The position numbers and the translations under genes are program-made. A DNA stretch of 27,601 nucleotides from contig JBDZWC010000013.1 in NCBI GenBank assembly GCA_040256005.1, forward strand, positions 1 through 27,601. Reading direction: 5' to 3'. Positions 17,484 to 26,157 of this stretch are shown here, one piece after another; the stretch's first letter is position 1; each line of letters begins with the position of its first letter. This DNA is from Deinococcaceae bacterium. GTDB lineage: Bacteria > Deinococcota > Deinococci > Deinococcales > Trueperaceae. Below the pieces are notes generated by a model that searched no databases, was not told where the DNA came from, and worked only from the letters and a program-made list of their open reading frames with translations.

Positions 17484-18421
17484 CAAGCCGTCCTCAGGCG
17501 CGGGTCGGCGGCGGCCTGGAGCAGGTCCGCCAGCCAGTTCACGCCGATGTAGACGACGACAGCCAGCACCGTGATGCCCTGCACGACCGGGTAGTCGCGC
17601 GCCGAGATGCCGCCCAGGATCGTGGCTCCCAGCCCGGGCAGCCCGAAGACCTGCTCCACCACGATCGTGCCGGTCAGCAGACCGCCGAGCTCCAGGGCCA
17701 GCAGCGGCAACACGCCCGGCAGAGCGTTCGAGGCGATGTGACGCGTGATGCCCCTGGGCGACAGGCCCTTGCTGCGGGCGGTGCGCACGTAGTCGGAGGT
17801 CCTCTGCTCCAGCACCTGAGCGCGCGTGAGCCTGGCCACCTGCGCCGACCGCGGCAGTGCCAGCGTCAGCGCCGGTAGCAGGAGGTGCCAGGCCGCCTGC
17901 CAGCTGAGCCCGGTCGGCGGCAGGCCCAGTACCGGGAACCAGCCCAGGTTCACCGCGAACAGCAGTATCAGCAGGAAACCGAACCAGAACTCCGGCAGGG
18001 CCAGTGCGGCGGTAGCGAAAAGGGTCGTGAAGCGGTCCATGGGCCCGCCTGGTGCCAGCCCTGCCAGCAGCCCCAGACCGATGCCGATGACGAGAGACAG
18101 CACGAACGCAAGCCCGGCCAGCGCGAGGGTCACCGGCAGCCGGTCGAGGAGCACCGCGGTGACCGGGCGGCGCTCGCGCAGCGAGTCCCCCAGGTCGCCC
18201 TGCACCACGCCAGAGATGAAGTCCTTGTACTGGACGGCGAGCGAGCCGGCCAGGCCGAGGCGCTCGCGGATCGCAGCGATCTGCTCCGAGCTCGTGTCCA
18301 TGCCGCCCAGGATCGTGGCAGCGTCGCCGGGCAGCGCCCTCATGCCCAGGAAGACGAGCGTGAGGACGACCCAGAGCGTCACCAGGAAGCTGAAGATCTG
18401 CCCAACGAGATAGCGGGTCAC
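17483..18421 (-). CDS. Peptide/nickel ABC transporter permease (DppB/OppB-like)
   Basis: LPGD, GDLGDS, HLLLPALTL, DYVRTARSKG, VEQVFGLPGLG, RDYPVVQG. Confidence 0.93.
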   Translation of the reverse strand: MTRYLVGQIFSFLVTLWVVLTLVFLGMRALPGDAATILGGMDTSSEQIAAIRERLGLAGSLAVQYKDFISGVVQGDLGDSLRERRPVTAVLLDRLPVTLALAGLAFVLSLVIGIGLGLLAGLAPGGPMDRFTTLFATAALALPEFWFGFLLILLFAVNLGWFPVLGLPPTGLSWQAAWHLLLPALTLALPRSAQVARLTRAQVLEQRTSDYVRTARSKGLSPRGITRHIASNALPGVLPLLALELGGLLTGTIVVEQVFGLPGLGATILGGISARDYPVVQGITVLAVVVYIGVNWLADLLQAAADPRLRTA

Positions 18422-18444
18422 GTCGCCTCTACAAGATAGGAGAA

Positions 18445-18474
18445 GTCCCGGGCCCGGCTGACCGGACCCGGGAC
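18445..18474 (-). terminator. Intercistronic stem-loop between the binding-protein gene and the permeases
   Basis: Minus strand GTCCCGGGTCCGG-TCAG-CCGGGCCCGGGAC followed by TTCT. Confidence 0.55.
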
Positions 18475-18498
18475 GCCACTTACCGTCCTAGCCGGACT

Positions 18499-20010
18499 TC
18501 ACTCGAAGTGCGCCGTCCTGAAGTCGAACGAGTCCAGCATCGGCGTGATCCAGAACCCCTCGAGGTTCGCCTTGCGGGCGTGGACGCGGTCGGGCGTGCC
18601 GATGTAGATGAACGGCGCGCCGTCATGCATGCGCTGCAGGACGTTCCCGTAGATCTGGCGCCTGGCGTCAAGGTCGGTCTCCTGCGAGCCAGCCTCGAGC
18701 CACATGGCCATCTCCGGATCGTCGAAGCCCGGGTAGTTGCTGGCCTCCGTGCCGTACCCGTCCAGACGGCCGGTGGGGTCGAGCTTGCCGGTGTGCCCGA
18801 TGACCGTGATGTCGTAGTCGTGGGCTCCGCCGTAGACGTCAGAGAGCCACACGCCCCACTCGACGATGCGTATCTCGGCGTTCACGCCCACGTCGCGGAG
18901 GTAGTCCTGGATCATCTGCCCGGCTTGGATGTGGTTCTCGTACGGCTGTGGCAGCGCCATGTCGAGCGTCAGGTCGGAAGCCCCCGCCTCGGCCAGGAGT
19001 TCCTGCGCCTGCTCCGGGTCGTAAGCGTAGGGCTGCACCGAGTCGGGCATCCACGGGCTGCCCGCCTCCATGAACGTGCCGATGGGGGTGCCGCCGCCGT
19101 AGGCGACGTCCAGCACGGTCTGGCTGTCGACGGCGTAGTTGAAGGCCTGCCTCACGCGCGGGTCGGAGAGGGCGTCGCGCCGTGTGTTTATTGCGGCGAC
19201 GAGGGCCAGGCCGGACGGGTCGCGCACCAACGCTAGGTCGGCGTTCGATTCGATTGTCTCCTGGTCAGCGGCCGCGACGGTGTCTATGACGTCGAACTCG
19301 CCGGTGAGGAGCCCCTGGAGCTGGACGGCGCTGTCGGGAACGAAGCGGATGACCACCTGGTCGACCTGCGGCGCGCCCTGGTAGTAGTCGGCGAAGGCGT
19401 CGAGCGTGACGGCGTTGTCGCGCTGCCACTCGACGAAGGTGAACGGCCCCGTGCCCACGGGCTGGTTGCCGAAGTCGTGGCCAGACTCGATCTTCTCGGA
19501 AGGCAACATCGCGCCCCAGCCGGAGGCCAGGGAGGCGAGCAGGGCGGGCGCGGGCTGGCTGAGGGAGACGACGACGGTGCTGTCATCAGTGGCCTCGACG
19601 CCGGTGATGGCCGCGAACTCGGAGAGCTTCGGAGAGGCCGTCGCCGGGTCGAGCATGCGCTGCAGCGTGGCCACGACGTCCTGCGCGTCGAACGGCGTGC
19701 CGTCGTGGAACGTGGCCTCGGCCAGGTGGAACGTGTACGAGAGCGAGTCTTCGCCCACCTCGTACGACTCGGCCAGCGCAGGGACGATGTTCCCGTCCCT
19801 GTCCACCTCCACCAGCGTGTCGTAGATGGACTTAGAGACCTGGAACGCCGCGGTCGCCGAGGTCACCTGAGGATCCAGGGTGTCCGGCTGGGCGGCCATC
19901 GCCATGGTTATGGTCTGCGCCGTCGCGGTGCCCAGGAGCATGCCTGTCAGGGCAGCCGCCAGTGCGAAGGCGATAGACCGACGTGAGAGGGACCGCTTGG
20001 TCTGTTCCAT
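18499..20010 (-). CDS. Peptide ABC transporter substrate-binding protein (family 5, DppA-like)
   Basis: Signal peptide ending ATAQ, TLDP, IYDTLV, PALAESY, FHDGTPFDAQDV, PVGTGPF. GGAGG before ATG 20010. Confidence 0.93.
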   Translation of the reverse strand: MEQTKRSLSRRSIAFALAAALTGMLLGTATAQTITMAMAAQPDTLDPQVTSATAAFQVSKSIYDTLVEVDRDGNIVPALAESYEVGEDSLSYTFHLAEATFHDGTPFDAQDVVATLQRMLDPATASPKLSEFAAITGVEATDDSTVVVSLSQPAPALLASLASGWGAMLPSEKIESGHDFGNQPVGTGPFTFVEWQRDNAVTLDAFADYYQGAPQVDQVVIRFVPDSAVQLQGLLTGEFDVIDTVAAADQETIESNADLALVRDPSGLALVAAINTRRDALSDPRVRQAFNYAVDSQTVLDVAYGGGTPIGTFMEAGSPWMPDSVQPYAYDPEQAQELLAEAGASDLTLDMALPQPYENHIQAGQMIQDYLRDVGVNAEIRIVEWGVWLSDVYGGAHDYDITVIGHTGKLDPTGRLDGYGTEASNYPGFDDPEMAMWLEAGSQETDLDARRQIYGNVLQRMHDGAPFIYIGTPDRVHARKANLEGFWITPMLDSFDFRTAHFE

Positions 20011-20122
20011 CCTGTTCCTCCATGTCGGGAGTGCAGAGCCGATACGCCATGTTACGCGCGGCAGCGTTCCCTGCGCCATAACCCGAGTAAGAAGGCCGTA
20101 ACCCTTCGTTGGCTAACTTCCC

Positions 20123-22096
20123 ATGGAGATGAGAGACCGGCTACGCAGCATCGCGCCGTTGATCGCCTGGGCTGGCTACGTCCTCGGGCATCCGTACCTC
20201 GAGATGACGCTCGGCCAGTACGCGGGCATGGTGGCGTTGCTGCCGGTCGCAGCGAGCGCCTGGGTGTGGGGCATCGCCGGCGGCGCGATCATGGGACTGG
20301 TCGGCTTCGCCGGGGTGCGGTTCCTGCAGTCGGACCTGACCTTCTACCAGTGGCTGGTCACCTACACCTTCCACGGCTCTCAGACCTACGAGCTACTCGC
20401 CTTCGTGGGCACCGGCGTCTGCATGGCGTTCATCAGGCGCTTCCGCGACGCGATCGCGCAGGAGCGCCTGGCTGCCCGGCGGGCGCAGGTCGACCCGCTC
20501 ACGGGCGCGCTCACGCGCGGCGCCTTCGAGGAGCGGCTGACCACCGCGATCGAGAAGGTGACGGCCTTGCCCGACGACGGGCTCGCGCTGCTGTTCGTCG
20601 ACCTCGACCGCTTCAAGTTCGTCAACGACACCTACGGTCACGAGACCGGCGACAAGCTCCTGCGCGAGGTAGGACGGATCCTGCGCGACAGCGTGCGCGG
20701 GTTGGACCTGGTGGGCCGTGTCGGCGGTGACGAGTTCACCGTTGCCCTCCTCGGCGTGAAGGAGGAGAAGGCGGCCGCCTCGGTCGCTCGCAGCCTCGTG
20801 CGGGAGCTCAACGCGCCCATCCGCATAGACGGACGCGACCTGCAGGTGTCGGCGTCCATCGGCATCGCCATGGCGCCGCGCGACGGCCAGTCCCCCGAGA
20901 CGCTGCTCAAGAGCGCGGACGCCGCGATGTACGAGGTCAAGGAGGGCGGTAAGAACTCCTACTACTTCTCCACCGTCGAGGTCCGCACGCGCCTGAGTCG
21001 TCGCCTGGAGCTGGAACGCCAGCTCCGGCAGGCGTTGCACGACAACGAGTTCGAGGTCGTCTACCAGCCGCAGGTGCGTCTATCGGACAACAGTTTGATT
21101 GGGTTCGAGGCCCTACTGAGGTGGCACAGCAGCGAGCTCGGCATCGTGTCGCCCGGCGAGTTCATCCCGGTCGCCGAGGAAGCGGGCCTGATAACCCCCA
21201 TAGGCCACTGGCTGGTGCGCGACGTCGCCATGCAGCTGCGCGACTGGCTGAAGGCGGGCTACGACCCCGTGAAGCTGGCCCTCAACGTCTCCACGATGCA
21301 GTTCCACCAGAAGTCGTTCATCGACACCGTCAAGGGCGCGCTCAACGACTCCGGCATCCCGCCCGAGCTGCTGGAGATCGAGGTCACGGAGAGCGTCCTC
21401 GTACGCGACTACGACCTGGCGCTGCGCACCCTGCTGCGGCTGGAGCGGCTGGGGGTCCCCACGGCGCTCGACGACTTCGGCACCGGCTACTCGTCTCTCG
21501 CCTACCTGCAAAGGCTCCCCATCAAGACGCTCAAGATCGACCGCTCGTTCGTGCAGGGCCTGGCGCCCCAGGTCGTCGATCAGGCCGTCAACGTCACGAA
21601 CCCCAAGCGGGCCCTGAGCACCGACGCCGGCCTGAGGCGCCACACCGGCATGCACGCCGGCGCCTGGACCGAGATCGCCGCGAACCTCTACGACGGGGGC
21701 AACGTCCCGGCCAGCACCTTCCCGATCGTCGAGGCCATCTGCGCGATGGCCCACAAGTTGGGCAAGCACGTGGTGGCCGAGGGCATCGAGACGGCCTACC
21801 AGCGCGACTTCCTGCGCCGTCTGGGCGTCGACTACGCGCAGGGCTACTTCTTCGCCCGGCCCATGCCGGCCTCGGAGGCCGAGAAGGTGCTGCGTCGCAT
21901 CACCGAGGACGCGGCGCGCGAGCGCAAGCTGCGCGAGCGCAACTCAGCTCGCCCGCCGGAGCAGCCCGCCGCCCAGCAGCTACACCTCGATACGGACGTT
22001 CTGCCCCAGCTCGAGCCCTCGCCGGAGCCCGCCGCCTACACGGGCTTCGACGACCTCATGCTGCTGGGCGACGAGACCAACCACACGCTCAACTAG
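20123..22096 (+). CDS. Membrane-anchored GGDEF-EAL c-di-GMP cyclase/phosphodiesterase
   Basis: N-terminal TM region, DPLTG, DLDRFKFVNDTYGH, RGLD I-site plus GGDEF, then YQPQ, EAL, EVTES, DDFGTGYSS, KIDRSF, AEGIE, QGYFF. Confidence 0.94.
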   Translation: MEMRDRLRSIAPLIAWAGYVLGHPYLEMTLGQYAGMVALLPVAASAWVWGIAGGAIMGLVGFAGVRFLQSDLTFYQWLVTYTFHGSQTYELLAFVGTGVCMAFIRRFRDAIAQERLAARRAQVDPLTGALTRGAFEERLTTAIEKVTALPDDGLALLFVDLDRFKFVNDTYGHETGDKLLREVGRILRDSVRGLDLVGRVGGDEFTVALLGVKEEKAAASVARSLVRELNAPIRIDGRDLQVSASIGIAMAPRDGQSPETLLKSADAAMYEVKEGGKNSYYFSTVEVRTRLSRRLELERQLRQALHDNEFEVVYQPQVRLSDNSLIGFEALLRWHSSELGIVSPGEFIPVAEEAGLITPIGHWLVRDVAMQLRDWLKAGYDPVKLALNVSTMQFHQKSFIDTVKGALNDSGIPPELLEIEVTESVLVRDYDLALRTLLRLERLGVPTALDDFGTGYSSLAYLQRLPIKTLKIDRSFVQGLAPQVVDQAVNVTNPKRALSTDAGLRRHTGMHAGAWTEIAANLYDGGNVPASTFPIVEAICAMAHKLGKHVVAEGIETAYQRDFLRRLGVDYAQGYFFARPMPASEAEKVLRRITEDAARERKLRERNSARPPEQPAAQQLHLDTDVLPQLEPSPEPAAYTGFDDLMLLGDETNHTLN

Positions 22097-22149
22097 ACGT
22101 CGGCGCGCCGTCGGGAGGCGGGCGCAGGGGACCGGTCAGCCGCCAGCGC

Positions 22150-24174
22150 TCACTGCCTGGGCGGAGCGGCCGGACCCATTGTTCGGCTGAGCATGGCGGC
22201 GGCGACCTGTTCGCTGAGGGTCGGTCCCCACTTGGCGTCCTCGTTGATCGCCACCGAGTAGAGGGTCTGGCCCGTGAGCTGGTGGTTCGGTCCGAAGGCG
22301 AGGGTGCCTTTGGCGGTCCGAAGCGGCGTCCCGCTCGCGAAGACGTCGGCCAGGGCCCGTGGTGCGTCGGTCCTCGCCTTCTCCGCCGCCCGCCGGACCA
22401 ACATCAGGGCCTCGTACGTGGTCCAGGCGGTCGGGTCCGCTGGCTGACCGAACCGTGAGGTGAACCGCCTGTTGAAGTCGCCGGCGCGGCCGTCGGACAG
22501 CGTCGTCTCCCAGGCCAGCACCCGCGGTGCATCGAAGGCGACGCCGTACTCTGCGCTGGCGGCGAGGAAGTTCCGGGTCTGGGCCGCATCGAAGGGGTAG
22601 GGGCTGAGGAAGGCCTGGCCACCGCGGTCCCGGTAGCCGCCCATGAACACGAGCTGCTCGGTGGGCGGCAGGAGCACCATGACCGCGTTGGCACCCGACT
22701 CGGCCAGCCGCCGGAAGGCGCCCTCGAAAGTGGGGTCTCCGCTGGCGACGGCCATGCCGTCGACGACCCTCTCCCCGAGGTCGAACAGGGTGTTGACGGC
22801 GGCGCGCCCCAGCTCCTCGCCGGCAGGCTCGTCGAGGTGCACCACGAACCAGTCCAGAGGCTGGTCGCCGGCCCGTTCCCGGACGGCGCGGGTCATGGCC
22901 GTCACGTACGCCTCGGGCGACGGCGCCACGTGGAAGACGTTCCAGCGCGCCTCGCCTCGCGCCGCCGCGGGATCGCTGGAGCCGACGTCCAGGAACAGCA
23001 CGCCGTGCTGCGTGGCCACCTCCGCCAGGGCGTCGGACTGGCCCTTCCCGACGCCGCCGACCAGTACGTCCACGCCGTCCGCCAGGACCAGGCGCTCAGC
23101 AGCGCGCCTGGCGGCCTCCGGGCTGGGCGAGGTCGCGTAGTGGAAGACGAGCGCGACGTCCGTAGACGCTTCCTGGGAATCGATCAGGCCCTCCGCGATC
23201 TGGGCACCACGCAGCGCGGCGATGCCGGTGAGGTCGTTGATCGCCGCGAAGTACGTCCTGCCGCCCGTGGGCACCGGCAGCACGATGCCGACGTCCACGA
23301 CGGTGCCGACCTGAGGCCGGATCACGTCACCCGCGAACGGTTTCGGGGCTTCCAGGACCGGCACGGAGTACTCCGCCAGGATCGCCTGGACCTCGTCCCA
23401 ACGCGCGACCAGAGCCCGGTTCAGGAGAGCCTGGAGGGAGCTGTCCTCGCGCCTTACCGCCATGGTCATGGGCTGGACCTGGAAGGTGCTGGGCGGCTCG
23501 AACTGCGGCTCGATGGGCTTCACGACCAGGTCGGCTGAGGCCCTGTCCGCCCAATAGGCGGTACCTGGTCCCCACCCGAACCCGACGTCGATGTCGCCGG
23601 CGGCCACGGCCTTCACGAGCACGCTCAGGCGGTCATCGGAGCCGGCCGTGCCGCCGTAGAGACGAGTGATGTTGGCCAGCAGTCCGCGGCTCGAGAGCGC
23701 GACGTGCGGCGGGGTGCCGGCACCGTGGATGCCGAGCCTGAGCGAGCGGAGCTTGGGATCGTCGAGCGAGTCGATAGCGAGGCCGGAGTCGGCCCTGTAC
23801 ACCATCACGTAGGGGCTCGTGTAGTAGCTCAGGGTGTTGAGGCCCTTCTCGAACCCGTCCGGTATGCCCAGGATGACGTCGCAGAGGCCCTCGGCGAAGT
23901 GGAGGTTGACGAGGTCCTCGGTGAAGTTCACCCATTCGTAGGTGACCCTGGCCCCCATCTCCTCGGCGAGCGTTTCTATGATCCGGTTCTCGTAGCCGGC
24001 TTGGTCGGTGTCGGAGAACGGCAGGGACTGGGGTGGGGCGCAGGCTCGCAGCTCCCACTGCTCCGTCGCGGGCTGCGCCGTCGCGACGGTGAGGGTCAGG
24101 GCCAGCGCCGACAGCGCTGCGGATAGGAGGGTCGCCGGGCGGCCCCGCTGCGGTTCACTGCTTGGGACGTGCAT
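22150..24174 (-). CDS. MxaJ/XoxJ-like periplasmic binding domain fused to a type-I (LivK/LutA-like) binding domain
   Basis: Signal peptide ending ATAQ. LRAC..LPFS..GYENRI, CDVILG, WGP, VRRED, ILAEYSVP give the MxaJ/XoxJ pattern. A further domain of roughly 370 aa has VGIVLP, AAERLV..GVDVLVGG, FNRRF. Start ATG 24174 with GGAG RBS. Confidence 0.8.
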   Translation of the reverse strand: MHVPSSEPQRGRPATLLSAALSALALTLTVATAQPATEQWELRACAPPQSLPFSDTDQAGYENRIIETLAEEMGARVTYEWVNFTEDLVNLHFAEGLCDVILGIPDGFEKGLNTLSYYTSPYVMVYRADSGLAIDSLDDPKLRSLRLGIHGAGTPPHVALSSRGLLANITRLYGGTAGSDDRLSVLVKAVAAGDIDVGFGWGPGTAYWADRASADLVVKPIEPQFEPPSTFQVQPMTMAVRREDSSLQALLNRALVARWDEVQAILAEYSVPVLEAPKPFAGDVIRPQVGTVVDVGIVLPVPTGGRTYFAAINDLTGIAALRGAQIAEGLIDSQEASTDVALVFHYATSPSPEAARRAAERLVLADGVDVLVGGVGKGQSDALAEVATQHGVLFLDVGSSDPAAARGEARWNVFHVAPSPEAYVTAMTRAVRERAGDQPLDWFVVHLDEPAGEELGRAAVNTLFDLGERVVDGMAVASGDPTFEGAFRRLAESGANAVMVLLPPTEQLVFMGGYRDRGGQAFLSPYPFDAAQTRNFLAASAEYGVAFDAPRVLAWETTLSDGRAGDFNRRFTSRFGQPADPTAWTTYEALMLVRRAAEKARTDAPRALADVFASGTPLRTAKGTLAFGPNHQLTGQTLYSVAINEDAKWGPTLSEQVAAAMLSRTMGPAAPPRQ

Positions 24175-24209
24175 CGTTGCTCCAGTCGATAGAGAGCTAC
24201 ACAAGATTT

Positions 24210-24241
24210 CGTGCGGAGGGCTGGTGACAGCCCTCCGCACG
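24210..24241. terminator. Strong intercistronic hairpin after the PQQ dehydrogenase gene
   Basis: Perfect 14-bp stem CGTGCGGAGGGCTG-GTGA-CAGCCCTCCGCACG. No U-tract on the coding (minus) strand. Confidence 0.65.
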
Positions 24242-24278
24242 TTTGAGGGCCCTTTGGCCCGGGGTTCGGGTCCCGAGC

Positions 24279-26072
24279 TCAGGGGAGCCCGAAGACGTAC
24301 AGCGTGGTCCCGGCGCGCCGGTAGCGGCCGGCGTTGTCTGCGGCCGTGTCCTGACCGACCTGTGGGTCGCTCGGGGCCTTCGAGGTGACGACCGCGATGT
24401 ACTGGCGGCCATCGGGCCCGTTGAAGGCGATGGGCGAACCGCGGAAGTCGCCGCCGGTGCGGAAGCTCCAGACGACCTCGCCGTTGCGGGCATCGACGGC
24501 GCGGAACAGGCCGGAGTCGGTGCCGCCGAAGATCAGGTTGCCGCCGGTGACCATGACCGGCTTGTTGTCAGAGCCGACGGCGGACTTCAGGCCCCAGACC
24601 TTCTCGTTCTTGACGGGGTCCCAAGCCTGCAGCTCGCCGGACCAGCCGCCCGGGCCGGTGTGCGTGTCCGTGAACCTCATCAGGACGTAGCTCTCGCCGG
24701 GGGTGTACTCGCCTTCCTGGCCAGTGAACGTGGCGCAGCGGTTCTCGGCCTGGAAGTAGAGCAGGCCGGTCACCGGCGAGAAGGCGTCGTTGTACCAGTT
24801 GTTGCCGGCGATGAACGGGCACACGGCTTCCGGGGTCGGCGTGTCGGTGTAGACGACCGTGTCCGGGTTGAAATCGACGAGGCCGGTCTCGGGGTCCACG
24901 CCGTTGTTCCAGGTGACCGTCGTGTACGGCTTCGGATCGTTGAGGATCTCGCCGGTGAGGCGATCGAACACGTAGAACATGCCGTTGCGGGCGGCCTTGA
25001 CGATGACGTGGCGCAGCTCTCCGTCGATGACGATGTCAGCGAGGGGGTTCTGGCCGGGCTCGTCGAAGTCCCAGGCGTCCTGGGGCGTGGTCTGGTAGGC
25101 CCAGACCATCTCGCCGGTCGTGGCGTCACGCGCGATGATCGACGCGCAGTACTTGGTGGGGTACTCCTCGAAGCCCGGCGCCGTCGCGGGATCGCGGCGG
25201 TAGTCCGGGTTCCACGGCGCGCAGTTCGCGGTGCCGTAGTAGAAGAGGTTCGACATGGGGTCGTACGTGAAGTAGCCCCAGGCCGTGCCGCCACCCAGGC
25301 GCCAGGAGTCGCCGTACCAGGTGCTCACACCGGGGTCTTCGACCTGGTCGGCCGCGTAGAACGGGTTCCAGCGGTCGCCGATGCCCATCTCGTCGTTCGG
25401 GCCGGTGTTGTAGAACTTCCACTTCTGTTCGCCGGTGTTGAGGTCGAAGGCCGCGACCCAACCGCGGATCCCGCGCTCGCCACCTTCGTTGCCGATGATG
25501 ATGTTGTCACCGACGACGAGCGGGGCGTTGGTCGTGGTCTCGGTGATGCTCAGGTCGACGACTGAATCGTTGTGCCAGACCTCTTCGCCGGTGTCCGCGT
25601 CAAGAGCGAAGAGCTGGCCGTCGAGGGTGTTGAAGATGATCTTGCCCTCGGCATAGGTCAGGCCACGCGACTGAGCGCCGCAGCACGCCGTGGCCTGCTC
25701 GAGACCCGGCATCTCGGGCCGGAAGGACCACTTGAGGACGCCGGGGTTGACCAGGTCGATCGCGTAGACGGTGTTGGGCTTGGGCGTGAGGATGTACATC
25801 GTGTCGCCGACCACGATGGGCGGTGCCTCGAGCGAGTCGGTGACGCCCAGCTGGAACGTCCACTGCACCTGCAGGTTCCGCACGTTGTACGTGTTGATCC
25901 TGTCGAGGGGGCTGAAGTTCGTTCCCTGGTAGTTGACGTTGGCCATCGGGACCTGTCCCGGGTCCTGCTGGATCCGCAATAGGTCTTGGTTGGCCATGGC
26001 GGTGCCCAGCAGGGCGACTGTGACAGTGCCGAGCAAGACGTTGCGCCATGTGCGACGTGAGCGTGGTTGCAT
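24279..26072 (-). CDS. Periplasmic PQQ-dependent methanol/ethanol-family dehydrogenase, predicted lanthanide-dependent (XoxF/PedH-like)
   Basis: Signal peptide, FSPLDRIN..NV, E in SLEAPP, vicinal CC (ACCG..RG), GGERGIRG, GGGTAWG, GTAN.APWN, WDFD, RNG, Trp docking repeats, C-terminal GRQYIAV..LYVFGLP. Confidence 0.92.
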   Translation of the reverse strand: MQPRSRRTWRNVLLGTVTVALLGTAMANQDLLRIQQDPGQVPMANVNYQGTNFSPLDRINTYNVRNLQVQWTFQLGVTDSLEAPPIVVGDTMYILTPKPNTVYAIDLVNPGVLKWSFRPEMPGLEQATACCGAQSRGLTYAEGKIIFNTLDGQLFALDADTGEEVWHNDSVVDLSITETTTNAPLVVGDNIIIGNEGGERGIRGWVAAFDLNTGEQKWKFYNTGPNDEMGIGDRWNPFYAADQVEDPGVSTWYGDSWRLGGGTAWGYFTYDPMSNLFYYGTANCAPWNPDYRRDPATAPGFEEYPTKYCASIIARDATTGEMVWAYQTTPQDAWDFDEPGQNPLADIVIDGELRHVIVKAARNGMFYVFDRLTGEILNDPKPYTTVTWNNGVDPETGLVDFNPDTVVYTDTPTPEAVCPFIAGNNWYNDAFSPVTGLLYFQAENRCATFTGQEGEYTPGESYVLMRFTDTHTGPGGWSGELQAWDPVKNEKVWGLKSAVGSDNKPVMVTGGNLIFGGTDSGLFRAVDARNGEVVWSFRTGGDFRGSPIAFNGPDGRQYIAVVTSKAPSDPQVGQDTAADNAGRYRRAGTTLYVFGLP

Positions 26073-26157
26073 CGTGGTTCGATCCCTACCTTTCCGAATA
26101 GACGACCTGCAAATGCATGGCGGCTCGGACTAGTCGCCACTCCCGATCCCCCGGGAC

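Noticed and set aside
21121..22458. 445-aa plus-strand ORF overlapping the EAL region
   Set aside because: Off-frame, R/P/G/A-rich shadow. The GGDEF-EAL frame is continuous, so no frameshift is needed.
24243..25565. 440-aa plus-strand ORF
   Set aside because: Antisense shadow of the PQQ dehydrogenase. Such ORFs are expected at high GC3, and it has no motifs.
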